DNA from: Stramenopiles sp. TOSAG23-2
Taxonomy: Eukaryota
Assembly: GCA_900128395.1 (NCBI GenBank)
Contig: LT649282.1
Location: forward strand, 1-46,280
Direction of reading: 5' to 3'
Length of the DNA: 46,280 nucleotides
Shown here one piece after another: positions 1-11,047 of the stretch. Position numbers and translations under genes: made by a program. The notes under the pieces were generated by a model that saw only the letters and a list, made by a program, of their open reading frames with translations, did not search any database and was not told the origin of the DNA. How positions within the stretch are numbered: position 1 is the stretch's first letter; each line of letters opens with the position of its first letter.

Positions 1-100
1 GATGTTGCTGCAGGTTAATATTATACGCCATTTTTAATATAGGTGATTTTGAACCCATGCCTAGCATCATCATTCGTGGTGGTGTTTCATCTGTTGACAT
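1..100 (-). CDS. Probable 5' end of a gene running off the window edge (MSTDETPPRMMMLGMGSKSPILKMAYNINLQQH...)
   Basis: ATG at 100-98 followed by 33 open codons to position 1. It sits divergent to the 895 gene across an AT-rich spacer. Too short to assign a family. Confidence 0.4.
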   Translation of the reverse strand, partial: MSTDETPPRMMMLGMGSKSPILKMAYNINLQQH

Positions 101-700
101 ATTGAAACTATGTTGGAAGGATGCAAATTAATTTTGTAAGGTGTATGCAATTGTTAATATATATATATATATTATAATTAGTATTATGTTGTGGGGTTAT
201 GCCAAATTCATATATGTATACTATAATATTAGAAATTATAGAACTCTATTTTTTTCTCAATTCAAATATAATAATAAATTATTACTACAGGTATTATTTG
301 AATTCCGGAATTGATGATAATTTATTATTGCACTAAATCTTCTCTCGACTAAATTTACCTGTGGTAATATTATTTAAGGTAGCAACAAAAACAAAACAAA
401 AAAAAGAAGAGTAATGGGAGAAGGCCAAATCAGAAGGCCCTCTATTATCTGCACAAATAAATAATAAATAAATCAATATGCATCCATGTATCTAAAACAA
501 AAGACCAAAAAACAAATAAAGTTAATTGTAAATGCATAAACATTCCAAGACACTCACTCTTTTTTATATTCTCTCACACATAGACTTTGAAAGGATACTT
601 TCATAATTTATTACCTTTTTTGTAGATATACATCTATTACAATTTTAAAGGAGAAAAAAATTCATTAATAATTAATAATAGTTAATTTTCAACATCATCA

Positions 701-880
701 ATTTCTACAATTATATATCCATATATATTTTGATTTTTAGTTCATTCTTATTAGAATAAACATCCACACAATAAAACACACACACAATAAATTTCTACAG
801 TTATATATCCATATATATTTTGATTTTTAGTTCATTCTTATTATAATAAACATCCACACAATAAAACACACACACAATAA
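701..880. repeat. 90-bp tandem duplication (2 copies, 2 mismatches)
   Basis: 701-790 and 791-880 are identical except 710/800 (a/g) and 754/844 (g/t). Confidence 0.95.
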
Positions 881-894
881 TATCTTACAAAATC

Positions 895-2823
895 ATGACA
901 TCACAAGAAAATAATTTTTCTGGTAGAAAATTAAGTTATGAAACATTAATTAGCACATGCAACGATCCAGTTATAAACAATGTGAAGAAATGGAATGAAA
1001 AACAGGTACAAATATTTTTTCAAAGATATATGAATGGCCGATATAAACATTTAGCTAGCTCATTTAAAATGATTGATGGAATACAATTATTTAACTTAAA
1101 TGAAAATCAAATGAAAGAAATATGCGGGAAAGCATTAGGTTCTTCGTTGTATGAAAGCATACACCCTGTTGATAATAAATTTTCTCGTGATGATGATGAA
1201 AGCCATGTAAATATGCGTTCAGATAGTGAATTGGAGGATCAATTGAATTTTTACAGTCGGTCAAGTTTACCACCATTAATAACAAAACCATCTGTTACAA
1301 CCATTATCGTCGTAACATTATTAGCGATTGCTATATCCATATGTATTTTTGTCTTTGAGCCATCATTGAAGGATTTTTTTCGTTGCGTACCTACGTTTAC
1401 GAATCCGTTCATACCTGCACATACTTTGCCACATAATGGCACAAAAAACCATTCGTTTTCAAGCATAATACCAACTACTGGTGGTGAACATCAAGATTTT
1501 AAAATACGCCTTTGCACAACAGTTATATTACAATATGCATCTATACCAGTAGTAAGTGTCGTTTTCACTTATGTTCATATTTGGTTGGCATTGTGGATGG
1601 TATTTTATCCAGTAAAATTTCGTGGATGCTTACAAATACCATATACAAATGTTGGGTTTCCATTTGGTTGGCAAGGTATCGTTCCATTCAAAGCAGAAAA
1701 AATGGCGCGGAAAGCAACTTTGTTGATGACCACTAAATTAATCAATATAAAAGAAATATTTGGACGTATTGATCCAAATAAATTAGCTGAGCAAATTGAA
1801 CCATGTTTGCATTCTATGTTATCTCCATTGGTTCATAATGTTGCAGGGGAACATATACCATATATATGGAAATCTTTGCCAAATACATTTAAAGAGGAAA
1901 TTGTTTATCGAGCGGAGGAGGAAGCGCCACAGATCATTGAGAATATGATGAAAGATATTAAGCAAAACATTGAAAGTGTATTTAATTTAGAAGAAATGGT
2001 AGTAGAAGCATTGAAAAACGATCGTCAATTATTAAATGATATGTTCATTAAATGTGGATACGAGGAACTTGCAGTTATTCGAGATTTTGCTGCATGGATG
2101 GGATTTGTATGTGGAATGGTACAATTGGTGTTATGGTATATTTATCCATACCAACTATGGACATTGCCAGTATTTGCTGGTGTAGTCGGGATGTTGACTA
2201 ATTATATTGCACTGTTGATGATTTTTGTTCCACGATATCCAAAGAAAATTAATTTTTGGTGCACAACAATTACTTTTCAAGGTTTGTTTTTAGCGCGGCA
2301 AAAGCAAGTTAGTGCTGGTTTTGCATATTTAGTAACAAGAGATATATTAAGTACAAAGTCGTTATTGCATGAATTATTACGAGGTCATAGTAGCGATGCA
2401 CTTGTAACTTTAATTTACAGACATGTACGTTCATGTGTTGATAAAAATAGTACAGTAGCATCCCCATTAGTGACTGTGAATATATTGAGTGAGACAAAAT
2501 TAGGTAAATTAAAACAAGTGTTAAGCGATAGAATTGTAAATGATGTCATGCCAGAGATGATCAATGCAGCAGAATTGTATATGGATGAAACACTTGATTT
2601 AAGACGTACGATACATGATAAAATGTCTTTATTGACCCCATTACAATTTGAGGAATTATTACGCCCAGTATTTGAAGAAGATGAATGGAAATTAATTGTA
2701 CTTGGTGGTGTACTTGGAGTTGGAATTGGGTTAGCCCGTATGTGGTGTCCCAAATTTTTCAATTTCTTTCACGACCTCCCAACCAGACAATACATATCCA
2801 AAAACGATGCTTTTTTCATCTAA
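895..2823 (+). CDS. DUF445-family membrane protein with N-terminal SAM-like domain; C-terminus suspect
   Basis: 642-aa ORF. SAM-like segment WNEKQVQIFF..IDGIQLFNLNENQMKEICG. Several TM helices. DUF445-type motifs ALWMVFYP, GWQGIVP and FEELLRPVFEEDEWKLIVLGGVLG. Confidence 0.75.
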   Translation: MTSQENNFSGRKLSYETLISTCNDPVINNVKKWNEKQVQIFFQRYMNGRYKHLASSFKMIDGIQLFNLNENQMKEICGKALGSSLYESIHPVDNKFSRDDDESHVNMRSDSELEDQLNFYSRSSLPPLITKPSVTTIIVVTLLAIAISICIFVFEPSLKDFFRCVPTFTNPFIPAHTLPHNGTKNHSFSSIIPTTGGEHQDFKIRLCTTVILQYASIPVVSVVFTYVHIWLALWMVFYPVKFRGCLQIPYTNVGFPFGWQGIVPFKAEKMARKATLLMTTKLINIKEIFGRIDPNKLAEQIEPCLHSMLSPLVHNVAGEHIPYIWKSLPNTFKEEIVYRAEEEAPQIIENMMKDIKQNIESVFNLEEMVVEALKNDRQLLNDMFIKCGYEELAVIRDFAAWMGFVCGMVQLVLWYIYPYQLWTLPVFAGVVGMLTNYIALLMIFVPRYPKKINFWCTTITFQGLFLARQKQVSAGFAYLVTRDILSTKSLLHELLRGHSSDALVTLIYRHVRSCVDKNSTVASPLVTVNILSETKLGKLKQVLSDRIVNDVMPEMINAAELYMDETLDLRRTIHDKMSLLTPLQFEELLRPVFEEDEWKLIVLGGVLGVGIGLARMWCPKFFNFFHDLPTRQYISKNDAFFI

Positions 2824-3231
2824 ATATTGTGCCTTACCCAATGTTAAAAAAAAACGACTATCGTTAGTATCAGGACCACGATTACAAGTAGACAAACAAC
2901 CTGGACCAACATGACGAAGTATAAAATTTTCATCATTAAAAGTTGGTCCATATATCGATTCACCATCCGTTCCATCACCAGCTACTACATCACCACCACT
3001 AATTAATCTATCTGGTATAATGCGATGAAATACAGTATTTTTATAATGCAAAGGCTTGCCTTTCATCCCTTTCCCTTTCCATCCTGTACATAATGATCTA
3101 AAATTTTCACTTGCAATAGGGACTAAATCTGCTCTTAAATGAAATACTATTCGACCTATTGGTTTACCATCTATTGACATATCAAAAAACACCCATGGAT
3201 TAGATGGCGGTTCTGCCATCATTTCATCCAT
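2731..3231 (-). CDS. Cyclophilin-fold protein (divergent-loop type) with degenerate active site and short C-terminus
   Basis: VFFDMSIDGKPIGRIVF, ENFRSLCTG, GKPLHYK, FHRIIP, GESIYG, DENF and VFG align to cyclophilin A. Confidence 0.9.
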   Translation of the reverse strand: MDEMMAEPPSNPWVFFDMSIDGKPIGRIVFHLRADLVPIASENFRSLCTGWKGKGMKGKPLHYKNTVFHRIIPDRLISGGDVVAGDGTDGESIYGPTFNDENFILRHVGPGCLSTCNRGPDTNDSRFFLTLGKAQYLDEKSIVFGYVLSGWEVVKEIEKFGTPHTG

Positions 3232-3737
3232 TTTTTATTTTACTATTATTATTATTCTTATATTTTCTTTATCTTTATACAAAATGATTGGTTTTCTGGT
3301 TGTTACAATTTATACCTTTTGTTTCTTGATCTGTGTTTTGTCTTTCCCAATTTATTTATTTATTGATTATTTGATCGATGACATCAAACAACCGTTATTA
3401 TTACTATATATGATGAGTAATATTATATATTTTTTATGATATAATACTTGATGCTATTCAATGCTAATAATATGTTGGTGTTGTTTGTTGAAAAATAATA
3501 AAAAAATAATAATAATAAATCAGCAGAGTTGTGCATTAGAGAGAGGGTGAAAGTTGTTTTTACAAAATACAAATATATATATTCGTATATTAGTACAGAA
3601 TAATGTGTGCGTTTTAAATGTACATAATTATATATATATATATATATTCCATTGAAAGTAAGCTTTGTCCTCTTGTCCCTTTTTCTTTTTTGGTATTATG
3701 TACACACTGTGTGTGAATTTTTTATTATTTTTTTTAT

Positions 3738-4673
3738 TTATTGTGAATTTTCATAATCGAATGGACGTAATCGTTGATGCAACGATGGTCTATTACGTTG
3801 ATGTTGTTGTTGGCGATTTCTTTGCGTGTGGTTTTCATTATCATATTGTACATTGTTTCTATTGTTGTTATGGAATCTAGTAATATTTTCATCTTCAAAT
3901 CTTGAATCCATGTTTTCATTGTTGTTGTTTTGTTGCTGTTGTTGGCGTCTTCTTCTCATTGGATTTGTATTTTCACCTTGATCAAAATTACGATAATGTT
4001 GTCTAATTCCTCTATTACTATTATTGCTATTATTATTATCAGCAAATGGATCCCTTCGACCAAAATTATCATGTGTTCTACGTCTTCTCCATGGTGAAGT
4101 CTGTTGTTGTGGTTGTTGTTGATTCCCCATTTGTCGAATTGGAGAAGCACGACGTCTTGGTGAAGGGGAAGATTGTGGATGTGATTCAGGCATGACATAA
4201 TTATTTTCATCATTACCGTTGCCACTACTATATGTCCTTTGTGGGGATTTTAATTGATAATCAGAATTGTTACTATTACGACTTTGTTGCTGTAATTCTC
4301 GCGTTGGGCTTGTATACTGATTGTTTCTGGATAGTTCAGACATGACTGAACTTGGTATTTGAAAATGTGATGAATCAAAGTTGCCAAGGGTAGCAAAATT
4401 GCCTGTGATTTCCGAATCGTCCATATATTTCGATTCTTCCTCACCTTGTTGTTCCCTATCGTGTGCTTGTTTTTTTTCATCATTATTTTCATTTCCCCAA
4501 CCATATCGTGCACCAGACATTACGTTGTTGTTGTTTGCTTCTACCCTCGTAGCAGTAGTACGCCTTAATGTGCGTCTATCTGGGCTGCATATTGGATACA
4601 CATAGTCCCTATGCTCTTCTAAACCTTTTCGATCCAACAAATGCGTAACTTGGTTACTATTTATGTTCAACAT
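3738..4673 (-). CDS. Hypothetical low-complexity N/Q/R-rich, probably disordered protein
   Basis: 311-aa ATG ORF in AT-rich DNA with homopolymer tracts like those of neighbouring genes. No domain recognised. Confidence 0.65.
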   Translation of the reverse strand: MLNINSNQVTHLLDRKGLEEHRDYVYPICSPDRRTLRRTTATRVEANNNNVMSGARYGWGNENNDEKKQAHDREQQGEEESKYMDDSEITGNFATLGNFDSSHFQIPSSVMSELSRNNQYTSPTRELQQQSRNSNNSDYQLKSPQRTYSSGNGNDENNYVMPESHPQSSPSPRRRASPIRQMGNQQQPQQQTSPWRRRRTHDNFGRRDPFADNNNSNNSNRGIRQHYRNFDQGENTNPMRRRRQQQQQNNNNENMDSRFEDENITRFHNNNRNNVQYDNENHTQRNRQQQHQRNRPSLHQRLRPFDYENSQ

Positions 4674-5496
4674 AATAATACTAAAATAAAGATTATGTGT
4701 GTAGTATATATGTTGTTCTTTGTATAAATACTATAATAAATTTCAATCAAAGAAAAAGAAGAAGAAAAGATAAGAAAAATCAAATGAATAAAACTGGAGA
4801 ATGTATAATATATACGCTTTTTTTATTCGTTTTTCCTGTGTTATTGGTAAGATGATTGTAAAAAAAGTATTTATAAATGTTTCTTTGTTTTTTCTTTTCT
4901 TTCTTTGTTCTCTTTCTGTGTATGTGATAATATATATATATTTGAAAGGTATAAAAGTCGTTGTTGTGCACTGGTAAAAATGCGTCTATTTGTTTCCAGG
5001 CGTATGGCTATGGTACCAGGTATATCATTTCAACGTTTTGTTTTCAATTTTTTCTTCGCGTCGCAAAGTGCCAAATTTGCCAAAAACCAAGTACAAACCA
5101 AAAAAGAAACTGGTTCAATATTATAATACATCGACATAGCATTACAGCTGTGAAGGAATATTATGCACAGAAAGTATAGTAAGATATCCTATTTGGTCCA
5201 AGCCCTATCAACTTCTTAAACAGCCTACATCGTAACACCTGTTGTGTCTATGTTACTTACTGAACTAATACTATGTCTATGCTATATTCTTGTTGTGTTT
5301 TGCAAATTTTGGGCAACTTCTTATAGGCATAAAAAAGTTTCAAAGAAATTATATTGATGTGTTGATGTATGTTTTGGTATATTCGTAGTAGTAATAATAG
5401 TATTCCTTATTTACATTCATTTATTATTTTTAATTGTTTTTGTGTTAACAATAATAACAATAATTCCATTTTGCAACATTGTTTTTCGATAACAAG

Positions 5497-6246
5497 ATGA
5501 TGAATTCACCATTTACAGTACGACGTACCTCAGGTAATAATAGTAAATATAATAATAATAATAACAACAAGTTGAATAATAATTTAAATTTATCGGATGA
5601 TAATGGTATGCAAACAATTAGAATATTATTACTTGGAGATAGTGGTGTTGGAAAAACATCTGTTGTCAATTATCTTTGCGATAAAAGTGGAGAATTTGCT
5701 TCCAGTGGGTGGACGGTTGGTTGTCATTTAGAAGCAATTATTTTTGAATCCTCTTCCACAGGTAGAAATAGAAAATGTTTAATTGAATTTATAGATATCG
5801 GTGGTGGTTCACATGGATATGCCGCCAGTCGTAGTGTATTTTATACTTATGATATCAATGCTATTCTATTGGTTCATGATTTATCCAACAATCGATCATT
5901 TTCTAATTTATTTAAATGGATTGACGAATTTGCATTCGCAAATGGCGGTGAATCATCGACGATATGTAATAAAATCCCAATGTTGCTTGTTGGAAATAAA
6001 TTAGATAAATTAAATACAAAACATCGTGCAAATAATAATAAACGAAAACAAGAACATAAACAATCAATGAAAAACATTAATATTTACAATGCAATTGAAA
6101 TTTCCACATTAATTAATAATGCTAAGGATCCTAATAATAATCGTAATCATCATAACAATAATAATCAAGAATATAAAATGAAATTTCATAATTTCTTTCA
6201 TCATATCTTGAATAATTATAATGGCCAATCGGTCAATCGAGTTTGA
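5497..6246 (+). CDS. RABL3: Rab-like protein 3 (RABL3/LIP1-type small GTPase)
   Basis: P-loop GDSGVGKT, RABL3-type WTVGC, DIGG, R.VFY, LVHDL and NKLD motifs, no C-terminal prenylation signal. First ATG at 5497 (the track start at 5479 is TTG). Confidence 0.85.
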   Translation: MMNSPFTVRRTSGNNSKYNNNNNNKLNNNLNLSDDNGMQTIRILLLGDSGVGKTSVVNYLCDKSGEFASSGWTVGCHLEAIIFESSSTGRNRKCLIEFIDIGGGSHGYAASRSVFYTYDINAILLVHDLSNNRSFSNLFKWIDEFAFANGGESSTICNKIPMLLVGNKLDKLNTKHRANNNKRKQEHKQSMKNINIYNAIEISTLINNAKDPNNNRNHHNNNNQEYKMKFHNFFHHILNNYNGQSVNRV

Positions 6247-6505
6247 TATTGGGGTGGGGTTAAAAAAAATATTTTATATTCTACAAGTACAGCTCCTCGT
6301 AAAGTACGAAAAAAGGTATCCTATTTATAATGTTAATTTTAATAATTTCTAGTAGTCGTTATATATTTTATTTATAGAAGAAGAATATTATACATATATA
6401 TATATATATATATATACGAAATTGATTAAATCTACAAAACAGAGACAGATATACAATTCACATATATATACAAATATAGATAGATAAATACTTGTCACAA
6501 CAACG

Positions 6506-8896
6506 ATGGGGCAAATTATTGATCGTGCATCGTCGCCATTGTTTCTAACAAATACGCAGAAAAAAGTGGAAGAGATTACACAAAATTGGACAGTAGAAAC
6601 TATTGTTAGTGCTGCAAATGTTGCAAAGGTTAAATATTTCAATACTAGAAGAAACTATTCTTTAACCTTTGATGAGTTTATAACATTGCCATTTTTATTT
6701 TTGTACAGGCAACCAACCAATGAGAGTGAATCCATAGACAATTTAGAGCGCGTATGGGCTTTATTTGTTAATGGTGGTTTTGAAGATGATGAAATTGATG
6801 AAGATACTGGTGAGATTATTTATCCAACATCTTGGAACAATGTACATATAGATGGTTTACAATTTTTTTCATCCATTTTATGGGTCTTACCACGAAGAAG
6901 CGATGATCGCGATAAGCTTTTTGCAACATTCACTTTATTTGATTTTTCAAATCGTCAACAGCTAAGCGAAATTGAAGTAATTACATTGTTATCTTGTTGC
7001 TTAAGCGGGTTGCATATATTTACAGAAGGTTTTGTTTTATTGCCACGCGTTGATCACTTACAATTTATAGTCCAACATATTTTTGAAAATGTAAAAAAAG
7101 AATCATACTCCTCGTCCATAGATAAACATAATAATAAGAAAAAACAAACAAAACGTAACGCTACAACTCGTATTGATTATCCTTTGTTCGTTCAATATTA
7201 TGATGAGATGGAACAAACATCTATAGATGCTCTCCTCTTAGCTGATGTTATTCGAAAAACGCGTGAGCCGGGCGGGATGAAAGGTTCAGATAAATGGCAA
7301 GGAACACGAGATTCATGGATGGAATCCTTTTTGTTTTCATCAATTGATGAGAAATTGTTTAAAGCAAAATGGTATGACAATCCAGATCCAGATGTTAGAA
7401 ATAGAAAGGCATTGCCGCCTCCACCGACGACGCAAGCAGATATAGATACATGGCACGATGTTTTAAGTGTTTTAAAAGAGGATGGTCTACGCGATACCCT
7501 TGCAGATTTAGATGCATCTGAATTAGATGTATCAGACATGATGTTTTTACAAGATCGTGATATAGAACTTTTAACACTTTATTTAACGTTTAATAATTAC
7601 AAGCAATTATATACTGTCAACGTCTCGCATTGTCAATTAAAAGGTGCTGGGACAGAATTATTAGTCAGCGGCTTAGTGTTGAATCAGACCGTGAAGTATT
7701 TATATTGTTCCGATAATAATATGGGTCTGGAAGGTGCAAAAGCGTTAGCATCCTATTTGGCAAATAACGATGTGTTAAAAACATTAGATATAGGTGTAAA
7801 TAATATAGGTAGAAATGGTGGCAAGCAATTAGCTGGTGTATTTATTGAAGGTAGAAACCATACATTGCAAACATTAAATGTGCGAGGAAATAATTTAGGG
7901 CGTGCTGGTGGGATTGCATTTGGGAAAGCAATCGGTTCAAACCCTAAATGTTTAACAGCTTTAAATTTAAAAGATAATGGGATTGATGCAGCTGCTAGTA
8001 TTGAAATTGGATTAGGAATAGAAAAAAATAATTTGTTAACAAATTTAGACCTATCAAAAAATAGGATATATGACGAGGGTATAATTGCAATTGTTAATAG
8101 CTTGAAGAAAAATATAAAAACGCCCATTGGGTATTTAAATATTGGGTACAATAGCATTAAAGCACGTGGTGCAAAATCTGTTGCAGAACTTTTAAAAGAA
8201 AATAAAACATTGACTGAATTATCATTGGCTGCCAATAAACTCGGCATCAAATATTATGAAGCCCCAGTTAGAAAACCAGTTTCTACAAATTTAAGAAACG
8301 TACCTACACAAATGTTACCTCACGCATATTCAACGGAAGGTATAGAATCGATTGTGAATGCTATGGAAAATAACAAAATTTTAAAGAAACTTGATTTATC
8401 AATGAATTATATTGATACTGTATCTAGTGAACACATTTTTAATACATTTATAGAACGTAAATGTTCTAATTTAGACTTTTTGAATCTAAGTGGCAATGAA
8501 ATAAGTCATGATATGGTGATTAAATTTAAACAAATAGAAAAATCCAGGAGAAAAGAAGAGAGGGCCAGGAAGAAGAATAAAATGTTAGAACAAAAAGAAG
8601 AAGATAATACAATACTGAGTACGGCGGTCATGGATATACCAAAAATTGATATCAGTCAACAAATCAGAATGCGATCACATGGTAGTATACCAATGCAAGT
8701 TCCTGTTCGAACTTGGAAAGATACAACAGATGAATCGGTTGGTGAAGGTGCTTTAAGCACTCTGAGTTTGGGACGAACAAATATGAAATTAAAAAATTTA
8801 AAAGAAAGACAGAAAAAGAAGCATGAAGTTATAGAAGATGAAAATGAAGAAGGAAAGATGGTCGATGATGATGATACTAGAAGTGCTAAAAAGTAA
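6506..8896 (+). CDS. Protein with N-terminal degenerate EF-hand region and C-terminal RNase-inhibitor-type leucine-rich repeats
   Basis: MGQ start. DKLFATFTLFDFSNRQQLSEIEV resembles a calcineurin-B/NCS EF-hand. About 10 repeats of LxxLxLxxNxIGxxGAxxLA type. Confidence 0.8.
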   Translation: MGQIIDRASSPLFLTNTQKKVEEITQNWTVETIVSAANVAKVKYFNTRRNYSLTFDEFITLPFLFLYRQPTNESESIDNLERVWALFVNGGFEDDEIDEDTGEIIYPTSWNNVHIDGLQFFSSILWVLPRRSDDRDKLFATFTLFDFSNRQQLSEIEVITLLSCCLSGLHIFTEGFVLLPRVDHLQFIVQHIFENVKKESYSSSIDKHNNKKKQTKRNATTRIDYPLFVQYYDEMEQTSIDALLLADVIRKTREPGGMKGSDKWQGTRDSWMESFLFSSIDEKLFKAKWYDNPDPDVRNRKALPPPPTTQADIDTWHDVLSVLKEDGLRDTLADLDASELDVSDMMFLQDRDIELLTLYLTFNNYKQLYTVNVSHCQLKGAGTELLVSGLVLNQTVKYLYCSDNNMGLEGAKALASYLANNDVLKTLDIGVNNIGRNGGKQLAGVFIEGRNHTLQTLNVRGNNLGRAGGIAFGKAIGSNPKCLTALNLKDNGIDAAASIEIGLGIEKNNLLTNLDLSKNRIYDEGIIAIVNSLKKNIKTPIGYLNIGYNSIKARGAKSVAELLKENKTLTELSLAANKLGIKYYEAPVRKPVSTNLRNVPTQMLPHAYSTEGIESIVNAMENNKILKKLDLSMNYIDTVSSEHIFNTFIERKCSNLDFLNLSGNEISHDMVIKFKQIEKSRRKEERARKKNKMLEQKEEDNTILSTAVMDIPKIDISQQIRMRSHGSIPMQVPVRTWKDTTDESVGEGALSTLSLGRTNMKLKNLKERQKKKHEVIEDENEEGKMVDDDDTRSAKK

Positions 8897-9131
8897 AAAA
8901 AAAGGAAGATCTGAGACCATATAAACGTATGATATTGATTTGAAGAGATGTAATATATAGGAGAGATTTGTGTATGCATATATCATATGAGATGATGTGT
9001 GGTAAAAATAAATACACTCGTATACGAGTAAAAAAAACAATTATTTACTCTGACGAACGTACACGAACTTTTCTTTAAATGTGGAATAAAAGGTCACACA
9101 CCAATTTAGAGAGGATCCTCTCTATACCAAT

Positions 9132-10673
9132 TCATCTTACTTTTTTCACTGTCTCATCAACGACATTAACTTCACCATCTTTCCCTTCGTCTTTAACTTC
9201 AATGTTTAAATTCATCGTTATTAAATCATCACATTCCATTTCCGCGTTGCTGCCACCATATACAAAAAGACTTTTAGTCTTCGCATTGAATGAACTAGTA
9301 TGCGCAAATCTTGCTTTGGGCGTACACGGCTTCAATGCTGCTTCCGTCCATTGATTCTTTTTCAAATTTAAAACTAATAAATCATTGCAAACTTTTTGAC
9401 CATCAAATCCACCCATGATAGCAAGATGTATCGGGCTCACCTTTGCGCTAATATGGCCACATCGTGGTATCAATGTTGTCATACCATGTTTTTCAGATTC
9501 CCATTCAAAAGTCTCTACGTTGAATACACATACGTCTGCACAAAGACTTTGTGTTCCTCGTCCACCATAAACATAAATTTTGCCAGATTGCGGCATTTTA
9601 GTCTTTTTATCACCTAAAGTTATATTTGATAAATTGTTACTGACACTATTTTCTACTGTCGTTGTTTCTTGTTGTTGCTCTCCGTCTTCGTTGCTATTAT
9701 TGCTATTTTCATTATCGTTTTCTGATATTGCTGCTGTTGTTGTTGCTGGGGTGACATCGGCAAAAAACACTGCACTGTGCATTTCACGTGGTAATGGAAT
9801 TGCAGAGGATGGTCCTATCGTAGTTGCAGCTTGAACAAATGGATTATCAAATGGTCGCCAATGTACATCATCTGGATCCGTAACATCTAATATGTGCATA
9901 TCATTTAAAGGTCCAGTTGTTGGAGAACCACCGCCAAATATGAAAATAAAGGAGCCATTTGTACCTACACTGACAGTATTGTTTTCTTCAACAGTAGCTT
10001 TCAAGTTGGTCATAATTTTGTTCTGTTTATCATTTAATTTCCCAGGCACAAAAGTTGCTGTATGGCCATTTCTTGCACTTGGTGGTGGATTATGTATAAT
10101 TTTTCCAGTTGTATCCACTTTCGTTTTACCAATAATTTTAGACCATATAAAACTATTATTATTTGATACATCTAGTACATATAAATCGTCTAAACAATGG
10201 TCTTGCGTTCTTGCCATGCCACCAAACATATACAACTTGGTCCCAACAGCAATTGTACTATGTCCACTTCGAGGGTCTGGTATTGTTCCATTAGCTGATA
10301 CTGTGCCCCACTTTTTTGATTCCATATTGAACACGCTTATTTGCTTCATATCAAACGACTCACCTTTTCGGTTTGCACCACCAAGCAAATATAGTTTATT
10401 AAGATCTTTACAATATGTGATGGTTGCACCACCCCTACCTGGTGGTAAAAATTTATCAACTTGTACATTTCCTGCTTGTTTATGCATTTTTTTACGGTTG
10501 CGCTGTGCTTTTTTCTTCCCATGTGGTTTTTTCTTCGACTTAGTAGCTGTTTGGTTATTATTATTATTACCATTTGGCGATAATATATTTGTTGTTACAG
10601 TTAACGCGTCTAATTCTTCATAATACATTGTTTCTTGCTTCGTCTCCGAAGACGAAGATGCCATTGCCGCCAT
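9132..10673 (-). CDS. Kelch-repeat (beta-propeller) protein
   Basis: Repeated P.PR.GH...LY.FGG.....D...W units (PDPRSGHS, PSARNGHT, PREMHS, PRCGH, ARFAHT). Confidence 0.9.
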   Translation of the reverse strand: MAAMASSSSETKQETMYYEELDALTVTTNILSPNGNNNNNQTATKSKKKPHGKKKAQRNRKKMHKQAGNVQVDKFLPPGRGGATITYCKDLNKLYLLGGANRKGESFDMKQISVFNMESKKWGTVSANGTIPDPRSGHSTIAVGTKLYMFGGMARTQDHCLDDLYVLDVSNNNSFIWSKIIGKTKVDTTGKIIHNPPPSARNGHTATFVPGKLNDKQNKIMTNLKATVEENNTVSVGTNGSFIFIFGGGSPTTGPLNDMHILDVTDPDDVHWRPFDNPFVQAATTIGPSSAIPLPREMHSAVFFADVTPATTTAAISENDNENSNNSNEDGEQQQETTTVENSVSNNLSNITLGDKKTKMPQSGKIYVYGGRGTQSLCADVCVFNVETFEWESEKHGMTTLIPRCGHISAKVSPIHLAIMGGFDGQKVCNDLLVLNLKKNQWTEAALKPCTPKARFAHTSSFNAKTKSLFVYGGSNAEMECDDLITMNLNIEVKDEGKDGEVNVVDETVKKVR

Positions 10674-10690
10674 ATTTATAAAAGAAGGTA

Positions 10691-10904
10691 TTGCTTTAAA
10701 TCAATAATTTCTGTGTATGCGTCTGTGTTTTAATCTTCCCCAATTTGCTAAATGATGATACTGTATATATCTGTCCCTCGATCTGTAGTGTTTGAAATTT
10801 GCTTTAAATCAATAATTTCTGTGTATGCGTCTGTGTTTTAATCTTCCCCAATTTGCTAAATGATGATACTGTATATATCTGTCCCTCGATCTGTAGTGTT
10901 TGAA
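10691..10904. repeat. 106-bp identical direct repeat, period 108
   Basis: 10691-10796 equals 10799-10904, separated by 'at'. Confidence 0.95.
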
Positions 10905-11047
10905 TTGTTTATGTATTTTTATAATATTATTCAAAAATCAATTTTTTTAACTGCTGATTTGTTGTTGATGATGTTTTATTATTACCAAGTATTACACGAA
11001 TAGTAAGGCCCATGCGTTAGCATAAACATAGAACATAGTGTCACATT

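Noticed and set aside
5497..6246. Missing prenylation motif as a sign of truncation
   Set aside because: Absence of a C-terminal Cys motif is normal for RABL3.
9892..10623. 243-aa plus-strand ORF and similar antisense ORFs elsewhere
   Set aside because: They are shadow frames of recognised genes on the opposite strand and carry no domain signal.
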